Origin: Polyangiales bacterium
Lineage (GTDB): Bacteria; Myxococcota_A; Polyangia; Polyangiales; JADJQN01
NCBI GenBank assembly: GCA_964202905.1
Contig: CAXNJO010000002.1
Location: 256,001-320,000 of the forward strand
Length of the DNA stretch: 64,000 nucleotides
Direction of reading: 5' to 3'
The notes under the pieces are model-generated. The model was given only the letters and a program-made list of their open reading frames with translations, did no database searches and was not told the origin of the DNA. The stretch's first letter is position 1, and the number at the start of each line of letters is the position of its first letter. Made by a program: the position numbers and the translations under genes. Below, piece after piece: positions 63,064 to 64,000 of the stretch.

Positions 63064-63932
63064 GCCTTGCCGCCCTCGGGAGCACGCCGCGCCGCGCGCA
63101 TGAAGCGTCACGCGGCGCGTTCGGCATCGGACTCTGCCTCGTGCCCTTCGCCCCGGCGGCCCTGCTCGCGACGGCGCTCCTGCTCGCGGCCGTGCCCGCG
63201 CAGGCCGACTCGCAGCGCGCGCTCTTCGAGCGCGGCAACGCGGCGTACGCACGCGGTGATTACGAGGCAGCGGCCCGCGCGTACGAGCAGCTCGTGGCGT
63301 CGGGCGTGGACGACGCCGACGTCTATTACGACCTCGGGCTCAGCCACGCGAAGCAGGGCGCGCACGGGCGCGCGATCCACGCCTTCGAGGGCGCGCTCGC
63401 GGTCGCCCCAGGAGACGACGCGATCGAGGCCGCGGTCACCGCGAGCCAGGCCGCGCTCGGGCGCCGTCGCGCGGCGGCGAGCGGCGAGGCGACGGTGCAG
63501 ACGCGCCCGCCCTTCCGCGAGGCCGCGGTGCGCGGGCTGCACGTCGACACGCTCGCGCTGCTCACGCTCGCGCTCTGCGCGCTCTTCTTCGGCGCGCTCG
63601 GCGCGCTCCGCGTCACGCGCGGCGAGTTGGCCCGGCTCGCCTTGTGGATCGCGGCGCCGCTCCTCGGCCTCGGCCTCGCCGCAGCGGGGCTCGCGCTCGG
63701 CCAGAAGCTCGACGCCTTCGACGCGGGCGACGCCGCCATCGCGCTCGGGGACGCGCTGCCGCTGCGCGAGGCCCCCGACCCGCGCGCGGCGCCCCGCGGC
63801 ATGCTCCACGAGGGAGAGCGCGTCCGGATCGTGGCGCGGGACCGGGGTTGGGCACACGTACGCGTCTCGCCCTCGCGCGAGGGATGGCTGACGAGCGACG
63901 CGCTCGGAATTCTCGCGCACGACGGACGTTGA
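63060..63932 (+). CDS. batE: BatE (TPR + SH3b)
   Basis: FERGNAAYARGDY, YYDLG, two TMs, LHEGERV..WAHV..EGWL. Confidence 0.88.
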   Translation: MSLAALGSTPRRAHEASRGAFGIGLCLVPFAPAALLATALLLAAVPAQADSQRALFERGNAAYARGDYEAAARAYEQLVASGVDDADVYYDLGLSHAKQGAHGRAIHAFEGALAVAPGDDAIEAAVTASQAALGRRRAAASGEATVQTRPPFREAAVRGLHVDTLALLTLALCALFFGALGALRVTRGELARLALWIAAPLLGLGLAAAGLALGQKLDAFDAGDAAIALGDALPLREAPDPRAAPRGMLHEGERVRIVARDRGWAHVRVSPSREGWLTSDALGILAHDGR

Positions 63933-64000
63933 CACCGAGCCACCCTGCTGACGTAGATTGTCACCCCGCTCGGCGGCAGGCGCCGAGCAACAAGGATCCA

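Noticed and set aside
63929..64000. Promoter (TTGACA..TAGATT) and hairpin at the window end
   Set aside because: The 19-nt spacer is suboptimal and the downstream gene is outside the window, so it cannot be assessed.

Overview
Very GC-rich bacterial chromosome segment, most likely Myxococcota (Polyangia/Sandaracinaceae-like). The assignment rests on a near-canonical mglBA pair, three Hanks-type Ser/Thr kinases, Cys-rich lipoproteins and a split atp operon. Most of the window is core or lineage-typical content: a P-type ATPase, grxC, an MFS transporter, ftsEX-envC, a GH113, panBC, ppsR, an S1 paralog, serA with a D-2-hydroxyacid dehydrogenase, atpZIBE, hemL, argG and a complete moxR-DUF58-bat operon. 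I saw no rRNA, tRNA, CRISPR array or mobile element. Best leads: (1) a clear cobalamin riboswitch controlling a lone beta-propeller lipoprotein, a candidate BtuG-like B12 scavenger; (2) a 44-aa very basic ORF absent from the ORF track, with its own SD and terminator, resembling a small ribosomal protein; (3) a recurring TAnnn(T/C) box 6-10 nt before SD-less start codons, suggesting widespread leaderless mRNAs; (4) a SERCA-like ATPase lacking most Ca2+ ligands; (5) a MoaB-GNAT fusion; (6) paired Cys-rich surface proteins upstream of GH113. Several apparent frameshifts are probably sequencing or assembly indels. All calls come from reading motifs by eye; no database searches were run.
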